Source of the DNA: Armatimonadota bacterium | GTDB taxonomy: Bacteria > Armatimonadota > UBA5829 > DTLH01 | NCBI GenBank assembly: GCA_039679675.1 | Contig: JBDKUN010000056.1 | Location: 64,001 to 128,000 of the forward strand | Direction of reading: 5' to 3' | DNA length: 64,000 nt | In this document: positions 9,487-20,503 of the stretch, in pieces | Layout: every line of letters begins with the position of its first letter | How positions within the stretch are numbered: the stretch's first letter is position 1 | Notes under the pieces: model-generated | What the model saw: the letters and a program-made list of their open reading frames with translations, nothing else | Told to the model about the DNA's origin: nothing | The model's database searches: none | Program-made: the position numbers and the translations under genes

Positions 9487-10224
9487 ATGAAGATCAAACT
9501 GATAGCTTGCGAGGTGCTTACGCGCGAGCTCGGCTTAGTTACGGCTGAAAGCAAGCACATATTCGATAACACATTTCTGCCTTTCGGACTTCACTGCACC
9601 CCGGATAAACTCAGAACCACGATTCAGTCCGAAATCGACTCCGCGGAAGGCAAGGGCTACGATTTTATCGCGCTTGGCTACTGCCTTTGCAGTAGGGGAA
9701 CCGTGGACATCACCGCGAGGAGCGTGCCTGTTCTCATTCCGAGAGGTCACGACTGCATAACCATGTTCCTCGGTTCGAGAAAGCGCTATGCCGATGAATT
9801 TGCTACTCATCCGGGGACTTACTACTACAGCCCCGGCTGGATAGAGCGTAGCGACGGCGACGTCGAGCAGGGCAACATTACCGCGAAAAAGGACCGCGAG
9901 ACAAACGAGCGCTACGCGGAGTACGTCCGTAAATACGGCGAGGACAACGCTAAATTCCTAATCGAACAGGAAACTCTCTGGCTCGCCAACTACACTCGTG
10001 CCGCGCTGATCAATATGGAGATCGGAGACATCGAGGCTTACAGGAACTTCGTTAAAAATGTGGCATCGACTCACAACTGGAAGTGCTCCGAGTTGAGCGG
10101 CGACTGGTCTCTGATAAGAAAAATCGCCGGCGGCGAGTGGAGCGACGAGGATTTCCTTATCGTAAAACCCGGCGAGCGAACAGTTGAAACGTTCGACGAC
10201 CGGATAATAGCCTCGACTGAATAG
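9487..10224 (+). CDS. DUF1638 domain-containing protein
   Basis: IACEV, GLH..P..L, GYCLCSRG, HDCITMFLGS, GTYYYSPGW motifs. Confidence 0.8.
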   Translation: MKIKLIACEVLTRELGLVTAESKHIFDNTFLPFGLHCTPDKLRTTIQSEIDSAEGKGYDFIALGYCLCSRGTVDITARSVPVLIPRGHDCITMFLGSRKRYADEFATHPGTYYYSPGWIERSDGDVEQGNITAKKDRETNERYAEYVRKYGEDNAKFLIEQETLWLANYTRAALINMEIGDIEAYRNFVKNVASTHNWKCSELSGDWSLIRKIAGGEWSDEDFLIVKPGERTVETFDDRIIASTE

Positions 10225-10316
10225 CCATCAGTACCCTCTCGGGCTGTATTTGCAATGCAGCCCGGAGTATATTACAACCCCGGGCCATTATTTACTATAA
10301 AGCGGGAACTTCCCGC

Positions 10317-11975
10317 CTATTCCTTATGCTCAAGCCTCAGCGTTTTTGTCGGCGCGTCACATACCTCTGACGGGCCGAAATACTGCACCGGGCCGGGGAA
10401 GACATACTCGTCGCCCAGCGCCCATTTCTCGCGGTTGATCCTAAGACAACTGAACGGCCCATCTTCAAGGTCCACAAGAGCCTTCTTGATGACCGGAGTG
10501 AGCCTGCCCTTCCGCACTTCAAGACAGAGCATCATAGTTACAGGGACTCCGCCCGCAACCCATTTGTCCGACGGCTTGGTCAGGTTGCTTACATAGGCCG
10601 TGTAGCCTGTCAGACCGGCTCTCACGAGCTGGGCTGCCGTGCATCCAAGGGAATAGCAGTAGTCCGCATCGAAATTCGACGGCGTGGCGCATCGGCCTTC
10701 GTAACCGAAGAAGTGCGCCAGCGGACTGAATTTTGCTTTGGTATCGCCCTTGGCCTTGAGCAGCCTGATGCGGTCTGAAACAAGGTCGATAAGGAGCCTT
10801 TCGGTCTCCACCTGGGAGAGCGGAACATTGCCGTGGCTGTCCCTTTTGAGGAGCACTTCCTGGATATTTTCCGGCAGGGAGTTGTAGACCTTCGAGCTGT
10901 GGTCGGTGAGCTGCGTGCTCAGATACTGTACCCGTTCGCTGTGGTCCTGCAGGTCGCGGATATACTCCTCATCCTGCCCCAGTATCGCGCTCAGTTCATC
11001 GATCATCTTCTTGATGTCCGTGATGAACTCAGGCAGGCCTTCCGGCACTACCAGAATCCCGTAATTCTTCCCTTCTTCGGCGCGTTTTATGACGACATCC
11101 GCTATATAGTTGACGACTTCCTCCAGTGTAGTGCCGTTCGTTTGTATCTCTTCGGAGATCAGGGTCACATTCGGATGGGTCTGAAGCGCACATTCGAGCG
11201 CCACATGGCTTGCGGCCCGTCCCATCAGCCGGATAAAGTGCCAGTATTTGACGGCGGAAGTCGCGTCGCGCGAGATATTGCCGATAAGTTCAGAGTAGGT
11301 CTTGCATGCGGTATCAAACCCGAACGATGCTTCTATGAACCCGTTCTTCATATCGCCGTCGATGGTCTTCGGCGCACCGATCACGCAGGTCTTGGAACCT
11401 TTGCCACGTAAGTATTCGGCAAGCACCGCTGCGTTGGTATTGGAGTCGTCGCCGCCGATTATTACGAGGCCATCCAGCTTCATGTCGGCGAAAACCTGCT
11501 CGCAGGATGCGAGGTCGGCTGGCTTTTCGATCTTATCGCGTCCGCTCATGATCATATCGAACCCGCCGGTGTTGCGGTAGTTGTCGATGATATTGGCGGT
11601 AAGCTCTTTGTATTTTCCCTTGATACAGCCGATAGGGCCTTTCAGGAATCCGAACAACCGGCTGTCTTTATTTGCGGTTTTCAGGGCATCGTAGAGTCCG
11701 GCGATCACGTTGTGTCCGCCTGGAGCCTGTCCGCCGGAGAGGACTACGCCGATTCTGAGCGGTTTTGTGCTCAGTTCGCCGTCATCACCGTCCACTATCG
11801 TGGCTATCGGCTGCCCATATGTGTTGGGGAACAACTGCTTGATCTCGTCCTGGTTGGACGAAGGTTCCGTCGGCTCCCCCAATTTGATCTTGATGCTGCC
11901 CGAACGCAGTGCTACAGGCACTTTGGGCTGGTATTTTGCGCGCTCTTTTTGTAAAGCGGATATCTCTGCACTCAT
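10317..11975 (-). CDS. pfp: Pyrophosphate-dependent phosphofructokinase (long form)
   Basis: SGGQAPGGHNV, GGDDSNTNA, PKTIDGD, MGRAASH; start placed at ATG 11975 behind a GAGGAAG RBS. Confidence 0.95.
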   Translation of the reverse strand: MSAEISALQKERAKYQPKVPVALRSGSIKIKLGEPTEPSSNQDEIKQLFPNTYGQPIATIVDGDDGELSTKPLRIGVVLSGGQAPGGHNVIAGLYDALKTANKDSRLFGFLKGPIGCIKGKYKELTANIIDNYRNTGGFDMIMSGRDKIEKPADLASCEQVFADMKLDGLVIIGGDDSNTNAAVLAEYLRGKGSKTCVIGAPKTIDGDMKNGFIEASFGFDTACKTYSELIGNISRDATSAVKYWHFIRLMGRAASHVALECALQTHPNVTLISEEIQTNGTTLEEVVNYIADVVIKRAEEGKNYGILVVPEGLPEFITDIKKMIDELSAILGQDEEYIRDLQDHSERVQYLSTQLTDHSSKVYNSLPENIQEVLLKRDSHGNVPLSQVETERLLIDLVSDRIRLLKAKGDTKAKFSPLAHFFGYEGRCATPSNFDADYCYSLGCTAAQLVRAGLTGYTAYVSNLTKPSDKWVAGGVPVTMMLCLEVRKGRLTPVIKKALVDLEDGPFSCLRINREKWALGDEYVFPGPVQYFGPSEVCDAPTKTLRLEHKE

Positions 11976-12261
11976 TATCGATACTTCCTCATATTCTGTT
12001 ATGCTTGTACGCAAATCGCCCCCCGATAGTCGGAGGGCAATAGTGATCACCACATTGGAATCAAAAAACCTATTACTATTATAATAGCAATCCGACGTTT
12101 TGACAAAGTTTGCTGAACCACGCTGCAATTCCTTCTGGAGTGTGTAAAATGGGCATGCTTGTTTTTGGGTGTTTGGCGTTCTTTGCTTTTTATTATGATG
12201 TTTGCGGGTTGTACAGCCTGTTTTAAGGGTAAATTGATCTGTATATATTGGAGGGTGCGCC

Positions 12262-12957
12262 ATGCGTAAGGACATTATCAGTCTCGTCGATCAGCAACTA
12301 TCAAAATCCCGCGGAGCCCGGCCAGGTGTAATGGACACTCTGGGACTGGGGCAGCCGCCGGCGAAGCCGGGGCCGGTGATCACCATATCGCGTCAGCTTG
12401 GAAGCGGCGGCAGGTTGGTGGCGGGAAGACTTGCCGAGCGGCTGGGCTGGAGCCTCTGGGACAAGGATCTGGTCGATGCGATAGCCAAAAATGCTGATGT
12501 CAGCCATCGGATAGTGGCGGATTTCGACGAGAAGACCATCTCCGAAATCGATATTCTCGCGCGCACCATTGCGGGTGAGAAGGAAATCGGCAGGTTCTAC
12601 TACGGGCATCACCTTGCAAGAGTCATCCTGGCTGTCGCAAGGCATGGCAACGCCATCATACTCGGCAGAGGAGCCAATTTCCTCCTTACCGGAGCACTGA
12701 ACGTGAGGATAGTGGCAAGCGAAGAACTTCGCATCCAAAGTCTTATGAAATACGGCGAAATGTCGCGCGAAGAAGCTCTCGACAGGATACATGAGTCCGA
12801 CCGCGAGAGAGCGGAGTTCATTCGGAGGCTGTACAACAAGGATATAGAAGATACGCTGGCCTACGACCTGGTCATAACATTGGACGAGTTAGGTATCGAG
12901 GGTGTGGCGGAGATCATTCTTGTGGCTTTACAGGTCAAGAACGGGATTCCGCATTAG
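12262..12957 (+). CDS. Cytidylate kinase-like family protein
   Basis: VITISRQLGSGG P-loop, IILGRGANF, D..R...YDL motifs. Confidence 0.85.
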   Translation: MRKDIISLVDQQLSKSRGARPGVMDTLGLGQPPAKPGPVITISRQLGSGGRLVAGRLAERLGWSLWDKDLVDAIAKNADVSHRIVADFDEKTISEIDILARTIAGEKEIGRFYYGHHLARVILAVARHGNAIILGRGANFLLTGALNVRIVASEELRIQSLMKYGEMSREEALDRIHESDRERAEFIRRLYNKDIEDTLAYDLVITLDELGIEGVAEIILVALQVKNGIPH

Positions 12958-13381
12958 CAGCACCGGTAGTAAACGTCAGGATATAAGGCTCCGACATTTC
13001 GATGTTGTTTGTACCTTTGGCGCTTGTTCCAATCATTATTGTATAGGTCGTGTTTGCGGCAAGCGGCTTGGGAAACCGCACAGTAACTGACTTGTCCCCG
13101 CTCCATTCGAACTTGAAATGCTCTGTCCCGTCGCTGGGGGAGATATTGAAAGCGTTTTCGACGCTCGATGCCAACATGGGCTGGTCGAACGTTATGCAAA
13201 TTGCTGTGCTGCTGATGGAAGAAACGGCCGGGCTTCGGTCCGGGGCCACCTCGACAACACGGGGGCGCGTACCTGAGCACCCTCCGACTATTGCAGAGAC
13301 TACAACCAGGCAAAGAGCGATGGTAGCAATCATATGGAAATAGGAATGACTGCCTCCGGTTACCGGTTCCACCTTTACCAC
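12935..13381 (-). CDS. Lipoprotein with bacterial Ig-like (Big_5-type) domain
   Basis: Hydrophobic stretch ending in IVGG-C lipobox; ITFDQPM, LAANTTYTI, FTTG. Confidence 0.75.
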   Translation of the reverse strand: MVKVEPVTGGSHSYFHMIATIALCLVVVSAIVGGCSGTRPRVVEVAPDRSPAVSSISSTAICITFDQPMLASSVENAFNISPSDGTEHFKFEWSGDKSVTVRFPKPLAANTTYTIMIGTSAKGTNNIEMSEPYILTFTTGAANAESRS

Positions 13382-13511
13382 TGCCTCCTATAGATTTTCG
13401 GATGTTCCGTATACCAACTATCGCCGAGAATCTTTAGGTCAGACATTCCGCATGCGCTGCCGAAAATTACGTACCCTTGACGGTAAAGTGTATAAACATA
13501 AGGGGAAGGTC

Positions 13512-14447
13512 TCAGTCGTCCCGGTCGCGGTGCGCGATAAACCACCCTATTACGACCAGGATGATGGCTCCGCCCCCGATCAGGATTGCGTATGGAGGGG
13601 TCGCTCCATTCTGCGGTGCGTTGGAACTCAGCCCGAGGACTTTACGGCCGTCCACATTGCCGGTCTCGACGGATTCTTTCACGAATTTGAACAATTTCTT
13701 CCGGCCAATCTTGCTCTCGATATATTTCAGTGAGTAAAGCTTCTGTTTATAGTCTGCTGGGAGGGTCATTTGCACCACTGTGGGGTCGCCGGTCTTGCCG
13801 TAGATCTTGCTTTCTTTGCCGGTCGAGAAGTAGACTGCAGTGGACTCCTGGAACCACTTGGGAAGGGGTTTTGGCGAAGCAATGGTTATGTACGCATGGA
13901 CCATCTCATGAGCCAGGTTATCTTCGAGTTCATCATGGTAATCCCCCACGATGAGTGCAATGAATCGTCCCTGTATTGTAACGCCGCGCACGTTCGTCCC
14001 TTCGCCGCCTTTCAGCGAATCGAATATCCGCGACACTTCAGGGGGCATCGCCTGTTGAGAAGAATATTTTTTTACGTATACGAATCCCGGCGGTGGTGGA
14101 ATTTTAACCCATTCCCTCAGCTTTACGACGGACTTGATCTTGCTTGTTGAGAGCAGATAGGTATCGCCGGTCAAAAACTCCGCGGTTAGGGCCGCCTGTT
14201 CCCGCAGTCTGGCATAATCCGGTGAGAGTGGCGCGGCAGAGTCGAGTTCTGATACAACTTTCCTGCACTCAGCAGCAAACTGCCTCGCTTCAGCAACATT
14301 CTCGAAGTAAGGGGATTTGATCTGTTCCAGTTGCCCGCTTTCAACTATGTTTTTAAGCGTTGGGCACTGCGAAAGTACAGCATCCTGCGCGGCGCAGATC
14401 TGTGCTGCTAGAAGTATAATAATTATGATAAGCGCCGGACGGTGCAT
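13512..14447 (-). CDS. Secreted, membrane-anchored putative zinc metallopeptidase
   Basis: Signal peptide; LAHEMVH (HExxH) followed by PKWFQES; C-terminal TM helix. Confidence 0.65.
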   Translation of the reverse strand: MHRPALIIIIILLAAQICAAQDAVLSQCPTLKNIVESGQLEQIKSPYFENVAEARQFAAECRKVVSELDSAAPLSPDYARLREQAALTAEFLTGDTYLLSTSKIKSVVKLREWVKIPPPPGFVYVKKYSSQQAMPPEVSRIFDSLKGGEGTNVRGVTIQGRFIALIVGDYHDELEDNLAHEMVHAYITIASPKPLPKWFQESTAVYFSTGKESKIYGKTGDPTVVQMTLPADYKQKLYSLKYIESKIGRKKLFKFVKESVETGNVDGRKVLGLSSNAPQNGATPPYAILIGGGAIILVVIGWFIAHRDRDD

Positions 14448-14619
14448 GATAAGCAGTCTCCCTTTGGAATACGCCCTCTTCTCGGCTTACGGTTCCGCTT
14501 CAGCCAGCAGGGACATGACCCACTATTACCTTTGACCAGTATCTTCGGTTATCCTCCCGTCCAGAAAGAAGGATAGTGTAATCTCAATCATTTCCCGCTA
14601 AATCCTGAATCCACGTCCA

Positions 14620-14648
14620 TTGACTTAGCAGCTTGGGTGTGGTAGAAT
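14620..14648 (+). promoter_or_regulatory. Sigma70 promoter of tRNA gene
   Basis: TTGACT-17nt-TAGAAT with extended -10 TG. Confidence 0.75.
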
Positions 14649-14663
14649 AACCTGCGTCGCAAT

Positions 14664-14740
14664 GGCGGAGTACCTCAGTTGGTTAGAGGACCCGGCTCAT
14701 ACCCGGGGCGTCGTCAGTTCGAGCCTGACCTCCGCTACCA
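14664..14740 (+). tRNA. tRNA-Met(CAT), elongator type
   Basis: Cloverleaf: GGCGGAG/CTCCGCT acceptor, CCTC/GAGG D-stem, CCCGG-CTCATAC-CCGGG anticodon arm, GTCAG-TTCGAGC-CTGAC T arm, encoded CCA. Confidence 0.95.
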
Positions 14741-14748
14741 TATGATAA

Positions 14749-14792
14749 CAAAACCTGCTTTCAGCTTAATTGAAAGCAGGTTTATTTGTTTT
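14749..14792. terminator. Bidirectional intrinsic terminator between tRNA-Met and smc
   Basis: AAACCTGCTTTCA-7nt-TGAAAGCAGGTTT with A/T tracts on both sides. Confidence 0.8.
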
Positions 14793-14808
14793 TGGGGCTA
14801 TATTACTT

Positions 14809-17800
14809 CTAATTCTTCGATGCAACAGGGACTGCGACAACTTCCTGGCCGAGTTCCTTGCGCTCTTTTTCATCCGTCAGCCGGACTGAGATCAACTTGG
14901 ATATTCCCGGTTCCTGCATAGTGACCCCGTAGAGCGTATCCGCAGCCTCCATAGTAGCGCGGTTGTGCGTGACTACGATGAACTGGGAGTTAGCAGTAAA
15001 CTCCCGCAGCACATCGGCAAATCTTTCGACATTTGTATCATCGAGCGGAGCATCGACCTCGTCAAACATCACGAACGGGCTCGGCCTGACCATAAGGAGC
15101 GCGAAAAGCAGCGCGGATGCCGTGAGAGCTCTCTCTCCGCCCGAAAGGAGCAGCAGGTTTTGCAGCTTTTTGCCCGGGGGCTGAACGATGACCTCGACTC
15201 CGGTCTCTAGCAGGTTGTTCGGGTCGGTCAAAACCAGCTCAGTCCGTCCTCCGTTAAAGAGCCGCTTGAACATCTTGTCGAAGTGCTCGCCCACCGCGTT
15301 GAAGGTGGTCATGAACAGGTCAGTCGTCCCGGCGTCTATCTCTTTTATGGCGTCCTGCAGCTTCATTTGAGCGTTTTCGAGATCGGTCTTCTGTGTCGTA
15401 AGGAACTCCCACCGCTCGCTCACCCGCTCGTATTCCTGGATTGCGCCGGTGTTCACCGGCCCCATAATCTTGATCTCTTTTCTCAGCCTGCCGACTTCGG
15501 TGGCGGTCCCGCGTTCCACTTGCTCCGGTTCTTCGCGGGCAAGCGCTTCCTCAGCGGAAATCTCATACTCGTCCATCAGCCGCTCTGAGCTCTGAGTTAT
15601 CTGTATTTCCAGTCTGGCTTCGCGGACATCACTGTCCCTGAGTATCTCTGCGGCCTCAGCCCTGGCGCGATGGAGCGATTTCAGTTCGGAATCCACGCTC
15701 GACACTGACTGTGCTATCTCTGTCCGCCTCGCGAGCTGGGCATCAAGCTCCTTTTGCGACACTGCAAGCGCTGTCTCGGTCTTTTCTGCGTCCGAAATCA
15801 GCGTTTCCTTTTCCTCTGTGTTCGAGGCGGAGTCTGACGATTGCCTGTCTATCTCGCTCTTTATCGTTATAAGCTCCGTATCCATTTCGGAAAGGGATAC
15901 GGTGGTCTGCCTGATCGATTGTTCGAACCCGACGCGGCGTTCCCGGATGGATGCCAGTGTGACCGACATCTCCATTAACTCTTCGGAAAGTGCTTCGCGC
16001 TGTGCCGTAAGCTCCTCGACCCGCTTCTGAGCGGCTGCGACGTATTCATCCAGGTCCGTGTTTTCCTTGCCCGCTGCCGAGAGCCCGGCTTCGAGCGACG
16101 CAAGTGATTCAGAGTCCTTTACGAGGGCGGTCTCGACCTCTTCCTTTTCGATCCCCACTACCTCGATCTGCCCGGCAAGCCGTTTCTCTTCCTGAGTAAG
16201 GAACTCGAACTGTCTTTCTGCCTCGACAAGCGCCAGCTTATCGGCTGAGTAGGCTTTCTCAAGCTCGCTTATCCTGCCGCTGGCCTTAGCGAACGAGCTG
16301 GCTGCCTCCGACGCCTCTTTTTCTGTCTTTGAACGCGCAGAATCGAGCGAAGAGAGCTCTTTCGTGAGTGTGTCGATCTCCTGCTTTCTTCCGAGGAGGT
16401 TCGGCCCCTTGCCCTGCCTTACACCGCCCGTCATTGCTCCTGTCGGGACGATGACTTCGCCGTCGAGCGTGACTATCCGCCCCCAGCCCGATGCACTGCG
16501 CGAGAACTGGACAGCGTTATCGATGTTATCGACGATGACCACCCGTCCCAGAAGCACATTTATCGCCGCGTCGTATTTTCTATCGCAGGAGATGATGTCG
16601 CTTGCGGTCCCCAGCACACCTTTTTGTTTGAGACCGCCCGAAACGGATGCTGCCGCCGGTCGAACTCCGTCCAACGGCAGGAATGTCGCACGCCCGGCCC
16701 GGTTTTCCTTGAGGAACCGTATCGCCTCTTTTGCGTCATCGACAGTGTCCGCGATAATGTCCTGGATCGATCCGCCGAGCGCGACATCGATAGCCATTTC
16801 GAACCCTGCCGGAACGGTGATGACATCCGCTACGACGGCGAAGCCTCCGCTGATCTTGCGGTGTTTTTTGGCGGCCATTACAGCCCGGACACCCTCATAG
16901 AACCCTTCATGCGACTCCGCCATCTCTTGCAGGGTCGAAAGACGCGATGATTTCCCGACAGCCTGCCGGTTGATGTCGTCCAGCCGGCTCTTAGCGGCTG
17001 AAATTTTCGATTGAAGCTCTAGGCACTGCTCCTTGAGCGGCGGGAGTTCCCTGTCCCGCGCGGCCTGGCACTTTTTCAGCTCTTCGGCGCGGGCTGTGGC
17101 CTCGGACAACTTGCGGACTGTGTCCTCCCGGTTCGCCGTCAGTGACTCAAGCTCGGCTCCGTACTTCGCAAGCGCCGCCTTAAGCTCTTCCTGCCTTACC
17201 TGAAGGCTCTCGAACTCGGCGTGCTTGGCCGCCTGTTCCCTGGCAAGTTCTACATAGGCGGACTTGCGGTCGTCGACGATCCTCGAAGCTGATTCAAGCT
17301 CTGCCGTGACCTGTTCCAGAGCTTTCGACTTCTCTGCTGTGTCGGCGGCCAGCCTGGTCTCGCGCTCCGAACACCCGGTCTTCTCAGCCTCAAGCCTCTC
17401 CAGCCGCTCGCGGGCTTCAGCTATCTTGCGCTCAAGCTGTAATATTTCAGCATCGAGCCTGTGGCGGGTTTCATCGGAGGCCCGTTCTCTTTCTTCGGCC
17501 AGGGCGAGCCGACTTTTGATGCGCTGTGCCGAAGTGCTCGCTTCCTGATGGCGCGCGCGTGCCGCATCGACGGCACGGTCAAGCTCCGTAAGCTGGTCGG
17601 AGAGCTTTTCCTTCTCCCATTCCAGGTCGGAAATCCGTTTGTCCTGCTCTTTCACCCGCTCGGTTTCGTCTGTTTTGGTCTGGTGTACCTTATCGAGTTC
17701 GTTTGTCCAGCGCCGGAGGTCGTTTATCAGGAGACCCGTCTCTATCTCCCTTAAGCGTGAGGTCAGTTCCTCGTAACGGCTGGCAATTTCAGCCTGCTTG

Positions 17801-18417
17801 GCGAGTGGTTCGACCTGCCCGGAGAGTTCTGAGATTATGTCGTTCACCCTCCTCAGGTTGGCCTCCGTGTTATCGAGCTTTCTTGCGGCTTCTTTCCGGC
17901 GGAACCGGTATTTTTTGATTCCGGCAGCCTCTTCGAAGAGCGACCTGCGGTCTTCTGACTTCGCCGAAAGAATCGCATCAATTTCCCCCTGGCTGACCAT
18001 CGAATAGGCCTCGCGGCCCATCCCTGTGTCCAAAAACAGCTCGAAGATGTCTTTCAGCCTGCATGAGGACTTGTTGATGAGATATTCGCTCTCGCCGGAG
18101 CGGTAGACGCGGCGGGTGACGGTTACTTCTGAAAAGTCCAGTGGGAGCGACCCGCATGTGTTGTCTACAGTGAGCGAGACCTCCGCCATGCCGAGCGGTT
18201 TCCTACGCTCGCTGCCCGCGAAGATGACGTCCTGGGACTTCGAGCCGCGCAGGTTGCGCACGTTCTGCTCTCCCAGCACCCATGTTATGGCGTCGGCTAT
18301 GTTGCTCTTCCCGCTGCCGTTCGGCCCCACCACGGCGGTAATCCCCGAAGTGAGTTCCAGTTCGGTGCGGTCGGCAAAGGTCTTGAACCCCTGTATTTCG
18401 AGTCGCTTGATATGCAT
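14809..18417 (-). CDS. smc: Chromosome segregation protein SMC
   Basis: GPNGSGKSNI Walker A, coiled coils, hinge GRATFLPL, LSGGE and DEVDAPLD. Confidence 0.98.
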   Translation of the reverse strand: MHIKRLEIQGFKTFADRTELELTSGITAVVGPNGSGKSNIADAITWVLGEQNVRNLRGSKSQDVIFAGSERRKPLGMAEVSLTVDNTCGSLPLDFSEVTVTRRVYRSGESEYLINKSSCRLKDIFELFLDTGMGREAYSMVSQGEIDAILSAKSEDRRSLFEEAAGIKKYRFRRKEAARKLDNTEANLRRVNDIISELSGQVEPLAKQAEIASRYEELTSRLREIETGLLINDLRRWTNELDKVHQTKTDETERVKEQDKRISDLEWEKEKLSDQLTELDRAVDAARARHQEASTSAQRIKSRLALAEERERASDETRHRLDAEILQLERKIAEARERLERLEAEKTGCSERETRLAADTAEKSKALEQVTAELESASRIVDDRKSAYVELAREQAAKHAEFESLQVRQEELKAALAKYGAELESLTANREDTVRKLSEATARAEELKKCQAARDRELPPLKEQCLELQSKISAAKSRLDDINRQAVGKSSRLSTLQEMAESHEGFYEGVRAVMAAKKHRKISGGFAVVADVITVPAGFEMAIDVALGGSIQDIIADTVDDAKEAIRFLKENRAGRATFLPLDGVRPAAASVSGGLKQKGVLGTASDIISCDRKYDAAINVLLGRVVIVDNIDNAVQFSRSASGWGRIVTLDGEVIVPTGAMTGGVRQGKGPNLLGRKQEIDTLTKELSSLDSARSKTEKEASEAASSFAKASGRISELEKAYSADKLALVEAERQFEFLTQEEKRLAGQIEVVGIEKEEVETALVKDSESLASLEAGLSAAGKENTDLDEYVAAAQKRVEELTAQREALSEELMEMSVTLASIRERRVGFEQSIRQTTVSLSEMDTELITIKSEIDRQSSDSASNTEEKETLISDAEKTETALAVSQKELDAQLARRTEIAQSVSSVDSELKSLHRARAEAAEILRDSDVREARLEIQITQSSERLMDEYEISAEEALAREEPEQVERGTATEVGRLRKEIKIMGPVNTGAIQEYERVSERWEFLTTQKTDLENAQMKLQDAIKEIDAGTTDLFMTTFNAVGEHFDKMFKRLFNGGRTELVLTDPNNLLETGVEVIVQPPGKKLQNLLLLSGGERALTASALLFALLMVRPSPFVMFDEVDAPLDDTNVERFADVLREFTANSQFIVVTHNRATMEAADTLYGVTMQEPGISKLISVRLTDEKERKELGQEVVAVPVASKN

Positions 18418-18687
18418 ATCAAAGATTATCTCTTATTTTGTGGCTTCCCGGCAAGAGTTAACCTTGAGTTTGTATGGGGAAATGTTGGTCGGGAATGCCT
18501 GATAAGGGGGCTTAGGCGCAAAAGACCCGCGCTGAAAAATGCCGATTGAAATTCATTGCAAATTATTTATTATTTTTTTGCTAATCAGGGTTGTAGTCAG
18601 GTGTTCAACAAGGTAGAATCACTGTACTTGCTGACGGGCGTACGCGCGGCAAGAAAAAGTCTTGTTGTGAGGTTGGGGTATTTTCCT

Positions 18688-20454
18688 GTGAAACGGGCAC
18701 ATAGCAGCACAGAGAAGAAGAAATCTCGGAATAATTGGCGGCTCATACGCCGTACTTTACCGATGTTGAGAGAGCATCGGTGGCGCTTTGTGATAGCCGG
18801 GATATTTACGGCGTTTTCGGCATCGACCGTTCCTATGATGCCGATGTTCACGAGGTACGTGATTGATAACGCCATTCCAAAAAAGAACATCAGGCTGGCT
18901 ATTTACGTTATGGCGTTTTTTGTGGTGCTGATGCTTTTACGGATCATCACTTACTACATAGCGCAATCTCTTCTGCTGTTTGTTCGGGAAAAACTGATCT
19001 TCGATTTGAGGAAACTGGTCTTCACACGTATGCAGGAGCTCTGCCTGCGCTTTCACCAGCGCTATACTCCCGGGTACCTGTATGACCGCACACTGGGCGC
19101 AACCTCGACTTCTGTCGGGATATTCCTTAATGCGTTTTTTCAAATTGTAGTCAACTCAGGCGCCAGTATGGTTATTTCGATCTTATTCTGCTGGCATTTG
19201 AGCCGGTTAATGACGCTCGTCGCGCTGAGTATGAGTATCATTTATGTCTTTATCAGCAAACACTATGGAGCAATTATCTGGTCAATCAGCAGGGAGTTCA
19301 ATGTAGAATCAAACGAGCTTGCCGGAAGACTCACGGACTTGCTCCGCGGCATAAAGACCATCAAGGCATTTACTATGGAGGGCTGGGTGATTGAAGAGTT
19401 TGAAGAACGCACCTGGCCGCTTCAGATGCGGAGCCTGGATGTCAACAAGACTACTTTGAGACTGGGCCTTTCTGTGGAGTCCATCACCTACTTTGTTACC
19501 GCCATCATAACGGTGATGTGTACGCAGTTAGTGATTCAGCACACAATTACGCTTGGAACGATGGTTGCATTTATCGCTTACCAAGCTATGCTTACGGGCT
19601 GTGTTGCCGCATTATCCAATACTGCTGCGACCTATGGCTCAGCCGCAGCAGGTCTTGAGCAATTGTTTGATGTCATAGATGAAAAATCCTCAGTGGCGAT
19701 AAAGCCGGATACAACTATGCCGGATAAGCTGGATGGAAGACTCTCTCTCGATGATGTCCACTTTGCCTACGATGACAAGCCGATAATAGATGGACTGAGC
19801 ATAGATTTTGAGCCGGGGCAATCTGTGGCGATTGTGGGGCCGAGCGGCGGAGGAAAGAGTACGCTTATAAACCTGCTGCTTCGTCTATACGACCCGGAAA
19901 AAGGCTGTATAAGGCTTGACGGGCGCGATATCCGGGACTTGCCGCTTTCGGACTACCGCAGTCTTTTTGGAGTGGTCTTGCAGGACCCGTTTCTGTTCAA
20001 CGATACTATCTATAATAACCTGCTGGCCGTCAAGCCGGATGCAACCCATACGGAAATCCGTGAAGCGTTGGAACGTGCGCATGCGTGGGAATTCGTCAGT
20101 AATCTGGACGGCAATTGGTCTTTCAATGTCGGCGAGAACGGCGGCCAGCTTTCCGGGGGACAGCGCCAGAGGATCGCTATTGCACGCTGCATACTGACAA
20201 ATCCCCGCATGCTCGTGTTTGATGAGGCGACATCCGCACTGGACAACCAGTCGGAAGCCCTCGTACAAAGTGAGATCGAGGAGATAATGCATGACCGGAC
20301 GGTCTTTATAGTGGCTCACCGCCTCAGCACAGTGCGGAGAGTAGACCGAATACTGGTTCTGGAAGATGGAAAACTTGTCCAGGACGGCACCTACGATCAG
20401 CTTGCAAAAGAACCCGGCTTATTCCATGATCTTGACGCTCTGAGCTTGCGGTGA
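18688..20454 (+). CDS. ABC transporter, fused permease/ATP-binding (MsbA-like exporter); start uncertain
   Basis: TM domain then GPSGGGKST, LSGGQRQR, DEATSALD, AHRLST. Confidence 0.93.
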   Translation: MKRAHSSTEKKKSRNNWRLIRRTLPMLREHRWRFVIAGIFTAFSASTVPMMPMFTRYVIDNAIPKKNIRLAIYVMAFFVVLMLLRIITYYIAQSLLLFVREKLIFDLRKLVFTRMQELCLRFHQRYTPGYLYDRTLGATSTSVGIFLNAFFQIVVNSGASMVISILFCWHLSRLMTLVALSMSIIYVFISKHYGAIIWSISREFNVESNELAGRLTDLLRGIKTIKAFTMEGWVIEEFEERTWPLQMRSLDVNKTTLRLGLSVESITYFVTAIITVMCTQLVIQHTITLGTMVAFIAYQAMLTGCVAALSNTAATYGSAAAGLEQLFDVIDEKSSVAIKPDTTMPDKLDGRLSLDDVHFAYDDKPIIDGLSIDFEPGQSVAIVGPSGGGKSTLINLLLRLYDPEKGCIRLDGRDIRDLPLSDYRSLFGVVLQDPFLFNDTIYNNLLAVKPDATHTEIREALERAHAWEFVSNLDGNWSFNVGENGGQLSGGQRQRIAIARCILTNPRMLVFDEATSALDNQSEALVQSEIEEIMHDRTVFIVAHRLSTVRRVDRILVLEDGKLVQDGTYDQLAKEPGLFHDLDALSLR

Positions 20455-20503
20455 CCGGGTGTATCTATTCATGATCTTTTGCTAGTTTATCATTATGTAG
20501 GGC

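Noticed and set aside
14664..14800. tRNA-Met as an integration site
   Set aside because: No duplicated tRNA 3' end or integrase seen; it is flanked by smc.
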